From a virus (lineage: Duplodnaviria > Caudoviricetes): a stretch of DNA of 64,000 bases. Made by a program: the position numbers and the translations under genes. Numbering within the stretch: position 1 is the stretch's first letter; each line of letters begins with the position of its first letter. This document shows, piece after piece, positions 6,550 to 16,934 of the stretch. The DNA is taken from the IMG/VR virus record IMGVR_UViG_3300020403_000006, positions 4,339-68,338 of that record. The stretch is one strand, 5' to 3'. Below the pieces are notes generated by a model. It was not told the origin of the DNA, searched no databases, and was given only the letters and a program-made list of their open reading frames with translations.

Positions 6550-9168
6550 ATGATAAATTTAGAAAATTTAAAACCGACAAAAGAGCTTTGTGTTTTTTTT
6601 GTTTGTACTGAAAATGAAATCATAAACGAAGGTGTTGAATCAACCTTATGGAGCTACCTAAATTTAATACCATCAGTCGAATGGAAGATTGATATATTTA
6701 TTTTTTTAAACAAGATAGTAGACACAAAAAAAATAGAAATAATAATTGATAGAGTCGAAAAAAACCCATGGGTCAATAAGCTTGAAGTTGTGTCGTTAGA
6801 TCTTTGTGAAAAAGAAGATGTTTTTTGGTATCCCTGGTTAAAAACCCCAAAGCCAAAAGTTATGCCAGAATATGGATATACTTCTGGAGCCAACCTTTTA
6901 TTCTACAGGTCGATTAGGCTGATGATGGGAAAAAAAGAAAATTACAAAAACCTTTTAATGTTAGAGGCTGATAGTATTCCTCTTCAAAAAAATTGGTTTG
7001 ATAAAATTTTTAATTTTTGTAAAGAAAATGATTTCGAAATAGCAGGCAGCAAATATAAAGGCGATCAAGAATGCCATTACGAATCTGAATATAAAGATCA
7101 TTTAAATGGAATAGCTATATATAGGAATTCAGAGAAACTAGAAGAAATACTAAAAGGGGGAGAGGAAATTATAAAAAACAAAATGCCTCCAAGCGGATAC
7201 TTGAATTTCGATATAGCTAATTTCTTGTTTTACAAAAACCACTTGGATAAATACACCCTACTGGATATCGAGATGATAATTAACATGAGCGATCCTAGGG
7301 ATTTTTATATAGAAGAGAGTGAGGTTTTAGATAGGTATCCGAAATCATTGATACTTCATAAAAAAAGCAACAAGAATCACGAATTAATAGACGAAGATAC
7401 ATTCGATCAAACAGAAGGCGAAGATCTTCCTGTATGCCTGCTTCAACCACATTGCGGCTCAGAATATATACTAGATATCAGCTTAATTGCAGCAAGGCAA
7501 TACCTTAAAAAAGACAGTAGATACACAAAAGCTGTAAAACTAAAAATAATAACAGATGACGGTGCGAGAATAATTATTTTTGCTGTATGTAAAGAATACT
7601 TTGATGCATACCCAAGAAGCTTTTTTCAGGAAATAGATTTTAACTGCTATTCTATTTCTTTTTTTAATTTAGCTAAATTGATAGAAGATAAGTACATAAA
7701 AATATTATCGATATGTTTAGATTTTAGATCCACAACAAAACTAAATAAAACCATATTTAACTACTTCAAAGCTATAATTAAAAAAACAAACAAATCACCG
7801 TACTTATATTTATTTCATAAAGATCATTTAGATTTAGCTGGATCTAGTTTTATAAAACATGAGTTATTAAATCATCATAGGATTATAGAAAACAAAGAAG
7901 ACAGAGATAATGCTTTTTTGTCGTTCCTGCAAGAAGACTTCTCTCCTTATTTTTTGCAAAAATGTTTCTTTCAGAGAGAAGTGTTGAACGAATACGAAGA
8001 AAGTTTTCTTTTCTATATACTGAGTAAGTTTCAAATATTTGACACAAAAATTATAGACGAAATTTTATACAGAATATATAAGCAAACATATAATATAGAA
8101 ATCGAATTAAATCATCTGAATATAGCGAATTTCAATTCTACAGTAGGAAAAGTTGTGAAAGTTAGAGATGAGATGCCAGCCGAAACAAATGAAATTTTAG
8201 ATAATAAGTGTAGAATACACAATATCATATATAGAGAGATGGCTATTAAAGATTTAGGAACCGAAAATTTACAGAATGATAGCGAAAGAAAGGTGCCAAC
8301 ATTTTTACATATACCCAAGAATGCTGGAAGCTTTATAATTTCAGCTTTCACTAAATATTTCACCAGAATGCATGGGGGAGATAGATATTTTAACATACAA
8401 AGAATGCAGGTAGACTTTGATGATTGCTCGCATGCAACCTTTTTTATTTTATTTAAAAATGATATATGGAAAAACGATCCTAGAATAAGAAAATACAGGC
8501 ATGATGCCCCTAGATCTAGAAGTTCAGATATAGACACTTTAATTGAATACATCAAAGATGACAAAGCTAGCATATTAGCTGCGGTAGCTGAACCAGCTGT
8601 GAGTGAAAGCGAAGGCTGTTGTGGTAAAATATGCCCAAAAGTTATAGTAAAATCTCTTGAAAATATTTGGATGTTTTTTAAAAAGATTAATGTTGTTCCG
8701 TTTAATTTTACAATTTTAAGAGATCCGCTAGATAGAGCAATATCACTTTACAATTATATAACTTCAGAGAGATCTCAACACGAAGACACTCATGGAGTGA
8801 TAAAACAAAAAAATATACAGGAGTATCTTGAGTCAGATAGCACGGAGGACTCATGGATCATAAGAGCATTAAATGAAATAGGAAATAACAGCCCAATAGA
8901 ACATCAACATCTAGACAATGCATTGGATTTTTTAATAGAAAATAATTTTTTAGTAAAAGATATTTCTGATTCAGATAATATACTAAAAGAAGTAATTGAG
9001 TCCTGCTACGAGCAAAAAATCATTCCACAAGACATAAACACCGCTACAAAAAACGACAACAAGGAAAAAAAGAAAAATCCAAAAAACACTTTCCCAAAGA
9101 AAACGATTGAAGCTTTTCAAGCAAGAGCTTCTTGGGATCAAGCATTCTACAGTAAAATTATAAGATAA
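6550..9168 (+). CDS. Glycosyltransferase-like domain + degenerate middle domain + sulfotransferase domain
   Basis: N-terminal LMLEADSIP / IAGSKYKG / HLNGIAIY. C-terminal PAPS-binding motifs FLHIPKNAGS and ILRDPLDRAISLYNY (Sulfotransfer_2-like). Confidence 0.7.
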   Translation: MINLENLKPTKELCVFFVCTENEIINEGVESTLWSYLNLIPSVEWKIDIFIFLNKIVDTKKIEIIIDRVEKNPWVNKLEVVSLDLCEKEDVFWYPWLKTPKPKVMPEYGYTSGANLLFYRSIRLMMGKKENYKNLLMLEADSIPLQKNWFDKIFNFCKENDFEIAGSKYKGDQECHYESEYKDHLNGIAIYRNSEKLEEILKGGEEIIKNKMPPSGYLNFDIANFLFYKNHLDKYTLLDIEMIINMSDPRDFYIEESEVLDRYPKSLILHKKSNKNHELIDEDTFDQTEGEDLPVCLLQPHCGSEYILDISLIAARQYLKKDSRYTKAVKLKIITDDGARIIIFAVCKEYFDAYPRSFFQEIDFNCYSISFFNLAKLIEDKYIKILSICLDFRSTTKLNKTIFNYFKAIIKKTNKSPYLYLFHKDHLDLAGSSFIKHELLNHHRIIENKEDRDNAFLSFLQEDFSPYFLQKCFFQREVLNEYEESFLFYILSKFQIFDTKIIDEILYRIYKQTYNIEIELNHLNIANFNSTVGKVVKVRDEMPAETNEILDNKCRIHNIIYREMAIKDLGTENLQNDSERKVPTFLHIPKNAGSFIISAFTKYFTRMHGGDRYFNIQRMQVDFDDCSHATFFILFKNDIWKNDPRIRKYRHDAPRSRSSDIDTLIEYIKDDKASILAAVAEPAVSESEGCCGKICPKVIVKSLENIWMFFKKINVVPFNFTILRDPLDRAISLYNYITSERSQHEDTHGVIKQKNIQEYLESDSTEDSWIIRALNEIGNNSPIEHQHLDNALDFLIENNFLVKDISDSDNILKEVIESCYEQKIIPQDINTATKNDNKEKKKNPKNTFPKKTIEAFQARASWDQAFYSKIIR

Positions 9169-9231
9169 TAATCAAAATTTCGTGTAATATTTTTTGTTCA
9201 TCAAAATAACTAATTTAAAACAAAAAACGGC

Positions 9232-11877
9232 ATGAGTAAGATTATTTTAAATAAAAAACAGGGCAACGACTTTTTAGCGATATCTTTTGGTAAGCCTCGG
9301 TATTTCAACGAAACTGATATCAATGTAGCTGTGAATTGGGGAGACGGAAATGTCGAGAACATAAGCGGCCTGACCTCGGCAGGAGTCCAAAGAAGAACAA
9401 TTACATTCAAGGTTAAGGTTGAAAACAGAAGCGGAGATAAGTTTGTATTATATGACGAGAAAGGAACAACAGAAATATCAAACCCAACCCTCGAAGAAGG
9501 TAATACATATATTTTTGATCAAAGTGATGCATCAAATAATACTCACCCACTAGTATTTTCCTTAACCTCAGAAGGCACCACACACAGTACAAATGTAACG
9601 ATTAGTGGTACTCCAGGAAATGATGGAACGTCAACGATAGTAATTCAGGAAGGGGACACTTATCCAGCTGGAACCCTTGTGGCAGGACTTTATATTAAGT
9701 GCTCATCGCACCCCAATATGGGAACTGAAGTAGGTAAAATGGAAACCGACCAGCAGTCCCTTACACTTTGGCATTTATACAACAACAAAAATGCAAGAAA
9801 AATAGTGGTTAATGGTGGATTTGGAACAGCGGTAAATGCTTTTGATACCAGTCTTAAATTGTGCATGGCAGAAAGAGGTTCAAGATCACCATGCGCTAAT
9901 CACGAAGAAATAGATGAAATTGGGGGTAATCTTTGGGTGCATGGAGAAGGAGACTTCGAAGATATGTCTATAGCTCAAGGAAAATTTAACCCAGAAATAC
10001 ACATACTTGATTCAGCAGACCCATCATCAACGATATTAAAAACTGCAGGAGATGATGGAAATATAAGATGTCTCTATACATTCAAAGGCACAAAATTTAG
10101 AACCTCATTTCGTTGTAAACAGTTTTTTGCAAATATAAATTCTTCAAGCGTCAGTCTTATTTCAACAAAAGGATGCTTTCAAGATAGCAGATTCAATATG
10201 GGGGGGGTTAATTTTGGTTCAGCCCTAACGGACACATCATTCATGTTTAAAGATTCTCAATGGACAAACTCTATGGCGATAAATACCCAGAATGTTACAA
10301 CCATGGAAAGTATGTTCGAGGGATCAAAATTTAATAGCGGAATAAATGGTTGGAATGTTGGAAATGTTATTAGCATGAAAAACATGTTCAAGAACAGTAA
10401 GTTTAATAAAGTGCTGGCTGGCTGGTTTACCACCGCTAAATCTGTACAAAATATGTCAGGAATGTTTGAGGCGGCAAGTTTTACGGGAACAATAATGAGC
10501 TGGAACACATCCTCTGTTACGGATATGTCTAAGATGTTCAAAGACAATACAGTATTCCAGTCAAGCATGTTAATTTGGAATACCACCAATGTAACAAATA
10601 TGGAGAGCATGTTTGAGGGTTCGAAAGTTAATCCCAAGATTAATAGCTGGAATGTTCAAGGCGTTACAAATGCAAAGAACATGTTTAAAAACAGTCAATT
10701 TAATCAAGTTATAGGAGGTTGGTTCAAGGCAGGAAATGCTCTGCAAAATATGGAAGGAATGTTTGAGGGAAGTCTATATAATAAACCTATTAATTTCTGG
10801 ACTAATAATGTAACAAATATGTCCTTCCTTCTAAAAAATAATAAAGTATGGAATCAGGCCATTTTAGTTCTAAACACTGCAAATGTAACGACTCTTGAGG
10901 GCATGTTCCATGGATCTGTATGCAACCCAGGAGGACTAGCAGGCTGGAATACTTCAAATGTAACGACAATTAAAAACATGTTTAATTCGTCTTCTTTCAA
11001 TAAACCCTTGAGATGGTTTCAAACCGCTCAAAATTTATTGGATATGTCTGGATTGCTTGCTGGGAAGTCAGCCTTCAACCATCGAACCATAACATCATGG
11101 GACACATCGACGGTAACTAATATGTCTAGTTTATTAGAAGGAAACACCACATTCACTCAAGACATTAGTTTTTGGGACACTTCTGCTGTAACTGATATGA
11201 GTAGTATGTTTAATGGTTGCACTGCATTCAATCATTCGATAAGAGCTTGGGATGTATCTAAGGTTAAAACCATGAGAAACATGTTCAAAAATTCGATATA
11301 CAACCCCGCTCATTCGCTAGACCTTAACTTTTGGTTCAACAATAGAAACTCTTCAGGAGGCAACAATCCTGCAACTTTTGCGATTGAAGATATGAGTGGT
11401 ATGTTTGAGAATTCTGCATATAATAAAATTCTTCTATATTGGACCAAACATAAAGCTACTGTCAAGTACGCTGTTAGAATGTTCGCAAATAATAGCAGTC
11501 AAGTTAGAACTAATGTGCATAATCTTTTTATAGGCGCTACTTTAGTCGAAGATGTCTCAGCTATTTTTGAGAATTCTTTTGATATATCAGGTAGTCAAGG
11601 TCCTATAAGTAGGTGGACTATATTCCAATCAGGAAGCACTGAAGTAAAGGCGGCTCAAATCAATGTTCACAAGGGTAATACATATAGGGGAAATATCGGC
11701 GGTTACGATTACACAGCACAAGAACAAACACATAATTTCGAAATACCTAATTTTGATACTCCAGATCCAGTCGCTCCTGACGAAGGAGGATTGGATTGCC
11801 TTGCTCTCTATCAAGGTAGGCCGCCCGCTGATGACTCCTTAAATACAATATATTTTCATATCGTAGTACCCACTTAA
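9232..11877 (+). CDS. DUF285/BspA-type repeat protein with N-terminal PKD-like and cupredoxin-like domains
   Basis: VNWGDG; THPLVF...KCSSHPNMG; many W-[ND]-T/V-x-x-V-T-x-M-x-x-M-F repeats of about 25 aa; no signal peptide. Confidence 0.85.
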   Translation: MSKIILNKKQGNDFLAISFGKPRYFNETDINVAVNWGDGNVENISGLTSAGVQRRTITFKVKVENRSGDKFVLYDEKGTTEISNPTLEEGNTYIFDQSDASNNTHPLVFSLTSEGTTHSTNVTISGTPGNDGTSTIVIQEGDTYPAGTLVAGLYIKCSSHPNMGTEVGKMETDQQSLTLWHLYNNKNARKIVVNGGFGTAVNAFDTSLKLCMAERGSRSPCANHEEIDEIGGNLWVHGEGDFEDMSIAQGKFNPEIHILDSADPSSTILKTAGDDGNIRCLYTFKGTKFRTSFRCKQFFANINSSSVSLISTKGCFQDSRFNMGGVNFGSALTDTSFMFKDSQWTNSMAINTQNVTTMESMFEGSKFNSGINGWNVGNVISMKNMFKNSKFNKVLAGWFTTAKSVQNMSGMFEAASFTGTIMSWNTSSVTDMSKMFKDNTVFQSSMLIWNTTNVTNMESMFEGSKVNPKINSWNVQGVTNAKNMFKNSQFNQVIGGWFKAGNALQNMEGMFEGSLYNKPINFWTNNVTNMSFLLKNNKVWNQAILVLNTANVTTLEGMFHGSVCNPGGLAGWNTSNVTTIKNMFNSSSFNKPLRWFQTAQNLLDMSGLLAGKSAFNHRTITSWDTSTVTNMSSLLEGNTTFTQDISFWDTSAVTDMSSMFNGCTAFNHSIRAWDVSKVKTMRNMFKNSIYNPAHSLDLNFWFNNRNSSGGNNPATFAIEDMSGMFENSAYNKILLYWTKHKATVKYAVRMFANNSSQVRTNVHNLFIGATLVEDVSAIFENSFDISGSQGPISRWTIFQSGSTEVKAAQINVHKGNTYRGNIGGYDYTAQEQTHNFEIPNFDTPDPVAPDEGGLDCLALYQGRPPADDSLNTIYFHIVVPT
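10282..11175 (+). repeat. Three copies of a ~99-aa super-repeat, each of four DUF285 units
   Basis: Units start at 10282 (NTQNVTTMESMFEGSK), 10579 (NTTNVTNMESMFEGSK) and 10873 (NTANVTTLEGMFHGSV); each has a WF-x5-(Q/L)-(N/D)-M third repeat. Confidence 0.8.
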
Positions 11878-11897
11878 AAATTAAGCAATTAAAAATC

Positions 11898-14831
11898 ATG
11901 AAAAAAGACACAGTATCTAATTCTGGAAACAGAGAAGAATTTGAAAAATTTATAGCAGATAAATATAACAAACCATTCTTTCTCTCAAGAAACAAAGAAG
12001 GTAAGGAACTAGTAACATTCCTTGTAGATGTAGAAGAGGGGGCTAAGCTGGGAATACCAGACTCCATAACACTTCCAAACGGAAACGAAGTTCTTACTGA
12101 TTTTTCAGAAGGAATGGCTATGCCAATGGGATACATTGATACATTATCTTATCAAGATTGTAGTCCAGCTAATGCTGATGCAAATAAAGCTAAAACCAGA
12201 CCAATCAAGGGAGGTTCCAGTATAATATCACAAAATATGATTAATGAAGGTAAACCTGGATTTGGAACACTTGGTTTACTTGTGATTGATAATGATGATA
12301 ATACATTGTGCGCTCTAACAAATGCTCATGTTACCAACATAGACCCATGGCTTCCTGAATTAGTAGGTCAAACACAAAAGCCAGCAGACCAACTTTCTGC
12401 TTCTAATGTAGCTAATCAGTCAATCTTTCAAGGAGCGGAAAGTGCTGGATATAAAACCTTTGACCCTGAGACTAATGACAAAATTGGAATAGTAAAAAGA
12501 TATCACCCTATGGGAACTATGGGTAGTGTTGATGTATCTCAGACAAACACTCCATCTTGGAGGAGTTACGGAAACGTCATGACTAACAATAAGGGATACG
12601 AAGATGGTCCCAAGATTATGTGCGATGCAGCCTTGATAGCATTAAAGGAAAGTGTTGTTAATACTGATTCTTGGAAACAAATAGGAATATCCTCCCAAGG
12701 ATCAAACGCCCCAGGATGGGTTTCAATGGCGGAGTATGTTCAAGTAATGTATGATACAGATTGGGGAAACCATGCTACTGATGTAGGCGGTGGTGGAGGT
12801 CGCCCAAAAATGTTTATGTCTGGAAGAACAACTGGCCCAAAGGAAGGCGATCCAGAAATAGAATTTGCAGCACCAATGCAGGATTTCTCGATACCATACA
12901 GGAGTTCCGTTAATAGCTTAGGATACAATTGGGCTAGATTTTCTGAAGCCTTCTCTTTTGGTCTTAAAGCCGATGCTAAAGCCGATGAGATATTCTGTAA
13001 TAGTCCCTTAGAAGGGGGAGATTCTGGTTCTACAATATGGGTGGAAATAAATGGTGTCTGGAAAGTTTTAGGATTATGTTTTGCTGGTTGGATGAATAGT
13101 AAAACAGGGAAATCTCAATTAGGTTTTGCCATGCCAATGCCAATCGTTGCGCAAATAATGCGCATAAGCGCTTGGGATGGAAACCTATCTTCGGCTTTAT
13201 TTGTTGATGATAGTAACGAATTTACCGTAGAGACTATTACAAAAAAAGGTCTTGGGCAGGTAGAATCATATACAGTAGATGGAAAAACATACTATTTGGG
13301 CGGCACAGTTCTTGCCTCTAAAACTAGGGCTGAAGTATTTGAGCCGACATATCAAATGGACCACAGAGACGGACTGGGATACACTACTAATATTGTTTAC
13401 AATGATTGGTTGTCTCAAGCTAATGACACTGTTGGTTTTGAAGGAAGGCTTTACTTTAACTCAACGAATAACACCATAAATGGTGGTAACCCAGTAACCC
13501 AGTATACATGGACAAGTAGAACGGGTAGTTACATATTAAGTACGATTTTGATTAACGCTGAAGATAGCCCTTATGAGGGTATGAGTTTTGATACTACTGA
13601 GGTAGCAGAATTACTCAGTACTAGTGGAGCTTATGGCTTAAGCGGTTGTGATAATAACGGAGATATCGCCAATGTTCCTCCAACCTGTCTAAATGGAGAT
13701 CCAATTAGCTGGAAATCAAGGTATCCAAGTATTACCGATAGTTCATTTAGAACTGGACCTAATGGAAAAAGTTATTGGTCAGTAGGGGGAGCTGTAACGA
13801 TACCAAGCGAATACAAATCTTTCTACATAAGCATACCTTCTCAAAAGAAATATGAACCCATAAAAGTATCATATGATGATACTGCAAACGATGGGTTTGA
13901 CTATAGTAGCATTTTTGATTTGCCTGGTTATATAGCCGCTTTAGCTCCAACAGATTATAAAACTGCATCAAATGCTGGCAATATTGCTTTTGATAATATA
14001 GGTAGAGGAATGGAGATTATACCTCAAACTGCTAATTTAATATTCCCGATATTTAACTGGGAAGATATTTCAGCTAGAGGTCTTGAGAATAAGTGCGCGA
14101 GATATTGTTACGATTATACTACTTCGGACCCCGATTGGGAAAGATATATTGGCTACCAAATGGGATTAACACAAAATCCTCCGCAACCATGGTTTCAAAA
14201 CACAAGTTTGGGTACTAATGCTGGAGGAGCTACTAATATACGCTATAGTAGCGCGCATCACGAGCCAACATTAATACCATTGTGCATGCTGTCAAGTAAG
14301 TTGGATTATGGGGGGAGCGAAGGTTTAACAACTGGATATCAAGAATGGGGATATGCAGCAGCTGGCACGCATAAGGCCGAGCAAGGGGGTTGGAAATTTA
14401 ATAACATGTATGGTAGCATACCCACTGGAAATTCAACCGTAAGAAATCAGATGTCGGAAGCCCGTGGACAAATTAATTACGACTGGTTCGATGATCCTGA
14501 TAATGTAAATACTGCCTATAATAAAAATAAGGGCTATATGTCTATGTATTATGTAATAAATCCAAAATGGCAGATTGGTCACCAAATGTGGAGAGATGCA
14601 AATGGAATACCAGCTGATTCGGAATTAACTACGCCTTATGGTCACGAGTTCACATACAATAGCGCAGGGGCGAACGGGACAAAATGGGACAATGCTCAAA
14701 TAGATAAAAAGTTAAATAAATTAGATCTTCTTGTGTCTAGAAATATTGTAGCTTCTCACGATACTTATTTTCCCAGAGATCAATATAATGGTCGAGTAGA
14801 TCTTAGTTGGGTCAGAAACTTTACTGCTTAG
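11898..14831 (+). CDS. Trypsin-like (S1) serine protease with pro-region and large unknown C-terminal part
   Basis: RPIKGGSSI...GTLG; triad LTNAH (His 12327), CDAAL (Asp 12624), GGDSGS (Ser 13023). Confidence 0.85.
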   Translation: MKKDTVSNSGNREEFEKFIADKYNKPFFLSRNKEGKELVTFLVDVEEGAKLGIPDSITLPNGNEVLTDFSEGMAMPMGYIDTLSYQDCSPANADANKAKTRPIKGGSSIISQNMINEGKPGFGTLGLLVIDNDDNTLCALTNAHVTNIDPWLPELVGQTQKPADQLSASNVANQSIFQGAESAGYKTFDPETNDKIGIVKRYHPMGTMGSVDVSQTNTPSWRSYGNVMTNNKGYEDGPKIMCDAALIALKESVVNTDSWKQIGISSQGSNAPGWVSMAEYVQVMYDTDWGNHATDVGGGGGRPKMFMSGRTTGPKEGDPEIEFAAPMQDFSIPYRSSVNSLGYNWARFSEAFSFGLKADAKADEIFCNSPLEGGDSGSTIWVEINGVWKVLGLCFAGWMNSKTGKSQLGFAMPMPIVAQIMRISAWDGNLSSALFVDDSNEFTVETITKKGLGQVESYTVDGKTYYLGGTVLASKTRAEVFEPTYQMDHRDGLGYTTNIVYNDWLSQANDTVGFEGRLYFNSTNNTINGGNPVTQYTWTSRTGSYILSTILINAEDSPYEGMSFDTTEVAELLSTSGAYGLSGCDNNGDIANVPPTCLNGDPISWKSRYPSITDSSFRTGPNGKSYWSVGGAVTIPSEYKSFYISIPSQKKYEPIKVSYDDTANDGFDYSSIFDLPGYIAALAPTDYKTASNAGNIAFDNIGRGMEIIPQTANLIFPIFNWEDISARGLENKCARYCYDYTTSDPDWERYIGYQMGLTQNPPQPWFQNTSLGTNAGGATNIRYSSAHHEPTLIPLCMLSSKLDYGGSEGLTTGYQEWGYAAAGTHKAEQGGWKFNNMYGSIPTGNSTVRNQMSEARGQINYDWFDDPDNVNTAYNKNKGYMSMYYVINPKWQIGHQMWRDANGIPADSELTTPYGHEFTYNSAGANGTKWDNAQIDKKLNKLDLLVSRNIVASHDTYFPRDQYNGRVDLSWVRNFTA

Positions 14832-14845
14832 TCTCCAAGGGAAAT

Positions 14846-14888
14846 AGCTAAAGTTAGCTTTCAAAGTCGAAAGTTAACTTTAGACTTT
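14846..14888. repeat. Two adjacent palindromes upstream of the portal gene
   Basis: AGCTAA-AG-TTAGCT (14846-14859) and AAAGTC-G-AAAGTTAACTTT-A-GACTTT (14863-14888). Confidence 0.75.
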
Positions 14889-14899
14889 TTCTTAGCATG

Positions 14900-14908
14900 G
14901 TGTACTAT
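14900..14908 (+). promoter_or_regulatory. GTG-TAnnnT promoter-like motif before portal
   Basis: GTGTACTAT, 11 nt before ATG 14920; the same motif recurs before many genes. Confidence 0.55.
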
Positions 14909-14919
14909 ATTGTATAGCC

Positions 14920-16920
14920 ATGAAAAGAAAGTATACAAAAAAATCTCCGTATTGGAACAAATTCGAAGCAAAAGCGAATAACTCGCCCTCAAAGAGCAAG
15001 GATTTTAATCCAGCCTCTGCAGGAGAAAGTTATTATATTTCAAATGCATCGGTGTCAAGTGGTGGAACAGGAACGACCTCAAGAAGAAGAAATAGTATAT
15101 CAAGCTCTACAAAGAACAGTAGATACTCGAACATAAGTCAAGGAATACTACCTTACCAAGTTTCATCAGAAGGAGTAAATGTAAGAGATACTATAGAGCT
15201 TTGTCAAAAGGCATATGCAAACGTTCCAATATTCAGAAACGCTATTGACATAATGGCTGAATTGGCGAATTCTCCAATATATGTTGATGGAGGAAACGAG
15301 TCATCAAGAGTGTTTATTCAAAAATGGTTTTCAAAAATAAACCTATGGGGATTAAAGGATCAATATTTCAGAGAGTATTATAGATCTGGAAATGTATTTC
15401 TTTATAGATTAGATGGAAAATTTTCCGTAGAAGATTTTGCTAGATTAAATAAAGTTTATGGTTCTGAAAACTTTTTAAAACCAAACCATCTTCCAGTAAA
15501 ATATATATTATTAAATCCATACGACATAATTGCTACAAGAAGCACATCATTCAAGAATAATGTATATAAAAAGATTTTATCTGAGTATGAGCTTGAAAGA
15601 CTTCAGAATCCTAAGACGGAAGAAGATAAGCAAGTATTTGACGGATTACCAGAAGAGGTCAAAAAAAGGATAAAAGAAGGTGGCTGGTCGATGGATGGTG
15701 TATCGATGGATCTTGAGCCATCAAAACTTTCTCATTCTTTTTATAAAAAACAAGATTATGAACCATTTGCTATACCGTTCGGGTTCCCAGTTTTAGATGA
15801 CATTAATTGGAAGATTGAATTAAAAAAAGTAGATCAAGCCATAAGTAGAACTATTGAAAATGTAATACTATTAATTACCATGGGTACAGACCCAGACAAG
15901 GGAGGTATAAACCCACACAACCTTGAAGCTATGCAATCTCTTTTCCAGAACGAAAGTGTGGGTAGAGTTTTAGTTGCAGATTATACGACAAAAGCGGAAT
16001 TCATACTACCAGATATTGGTAAAGTTATTGGTCCAGAAAAATATCAAATAGTAAATGAAGATATACGACAAGGGCTTCAAAATGTAATCGTTGGAGACGA
16101 GAAATATAAAAACACCCAAGTTAAAGCTGAAATCTTTTTAGAAAGATTAAAAGAAGCAAGACAGTCATTTATTCATAATTTCTTACAACCTCAGATTAAA
16201 ATGGTTTGTAAAGCTATGGGATTCAAAAAGTATCCAACAGCGAAATTTGAAGAAATAGATATAAAAGATGAAGTTCAATTACAAAGAGTTGTAACCCGAT
16301 TGATTGAAATGGGAATACTTACACCTCAACAAGGAATAGAAGCAATCAAGACAGGAATATACCCCGACTCAGGAGATATAGAATCAGCTCAAGAAAGGTA
16401 TATAGAGAAAAGGAAAGAGGGAATGTATAATCCTTTGGTTGGCGGAATTCCTCTAATTGATGTTGATGGCGATGGGGAAGTAGATACTGTATCTAGTGAT
16501 GAGGGTGGTAAAACTGTTGCCCCTAAAAGCACTGGCAGACCAGTTGGCAGACCAAAGGGAACAACAGGAATACCAAGAACTGTAAATGCGGAAGAAGAGC
16601 TTTATTCAAGAAAAGATATTCAGAATATAGTATATAAAGTTGAAGATTTAAGATCTCACATAGAAGCCACATTAAAAAAGAAATATGGAACTGAAGAACT
16701 AAATAAGGATCAGCTGAAAATATGTCAAAACTTATGTGAATCCGTGGTTATGTCCAAAGATAAAAAAATGTGGAAAAGATCAGCAAATGCTTGCATTAAA
16801 GATATCGAAAAGATTGAAAGTCTTTCGGTCTTAAAGGAGATTTCCGAAATCTCTGGCTCTCATCAGCTTGAATTATATCCATCAGCACTTTTATATCATT
16901 CTCAAAAAGAGCCTAGTTAG
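14920..16920 (+). CDS. Portal protein
   Basis: 666 aa, first gene of the head module; YANVPIFRNAIDIMAEL, YYRSGNVF, YEPFAIPFGFPVLDDI, RVLVADYT segments fit a portal. Confidence 0.8.
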   Translation: MKRKYTKKSPYWNKFEAKANNSPSKSKDFNPASAGESYYISNASVSSGGTGTTSRRRNSISSSTKNSRYSNISQGILPYQVSSEGVNVRDTIELCQKAYANVPIFRNAIDIMAELANSPIYVDGGNESSRVFIQKWFSKINLWGLKDQYFREYYRSGNVFLYRLDGKFSVEDFARLNKVYGSENFLKPNHLPVKYILLNPYDIIATRSTSFKNNVYKKILSEYELERLQNPKTEEDKQVFDGLPEEVKKRIKEGGWSMDGVSMDLEPSKLSHSFYKKQDYEPFAIPFGFPVLDDINWKIELKKVDQAISRTIENVILLITMGTDPDKGGINPHNLEAMQSLFQNESVGRVLVADYTTKAEFILPDIGKVIGPEKYQIVNEDIRQGLQNVIVGDEKYKNTQVKAEIFLERLKEARQSFIHNFLQPQIKMVCKAMGFKKYPTAKFEEIDIKDEVQLQRVVTRLIEMGILTPQQGIEAIKTGIYPDSGDIESAQERYIEKRKEGMYNPLVGGIPLIDVDGDGEVDTVSSDEGGKTVAPKSTGRPVGRPKGTTGIPRTVNAEEELYSRKDIQNIVYKVEDLRSHIEATLKKKYGTEELNKDQLKICQNLCESVVMSKDKKMWKRSANACIKDIEKIESLSVLKEISEISGSHQLELYPSALLYHSQKEPS

Positions 16921-16934
16921 TGTACATATAAAGT

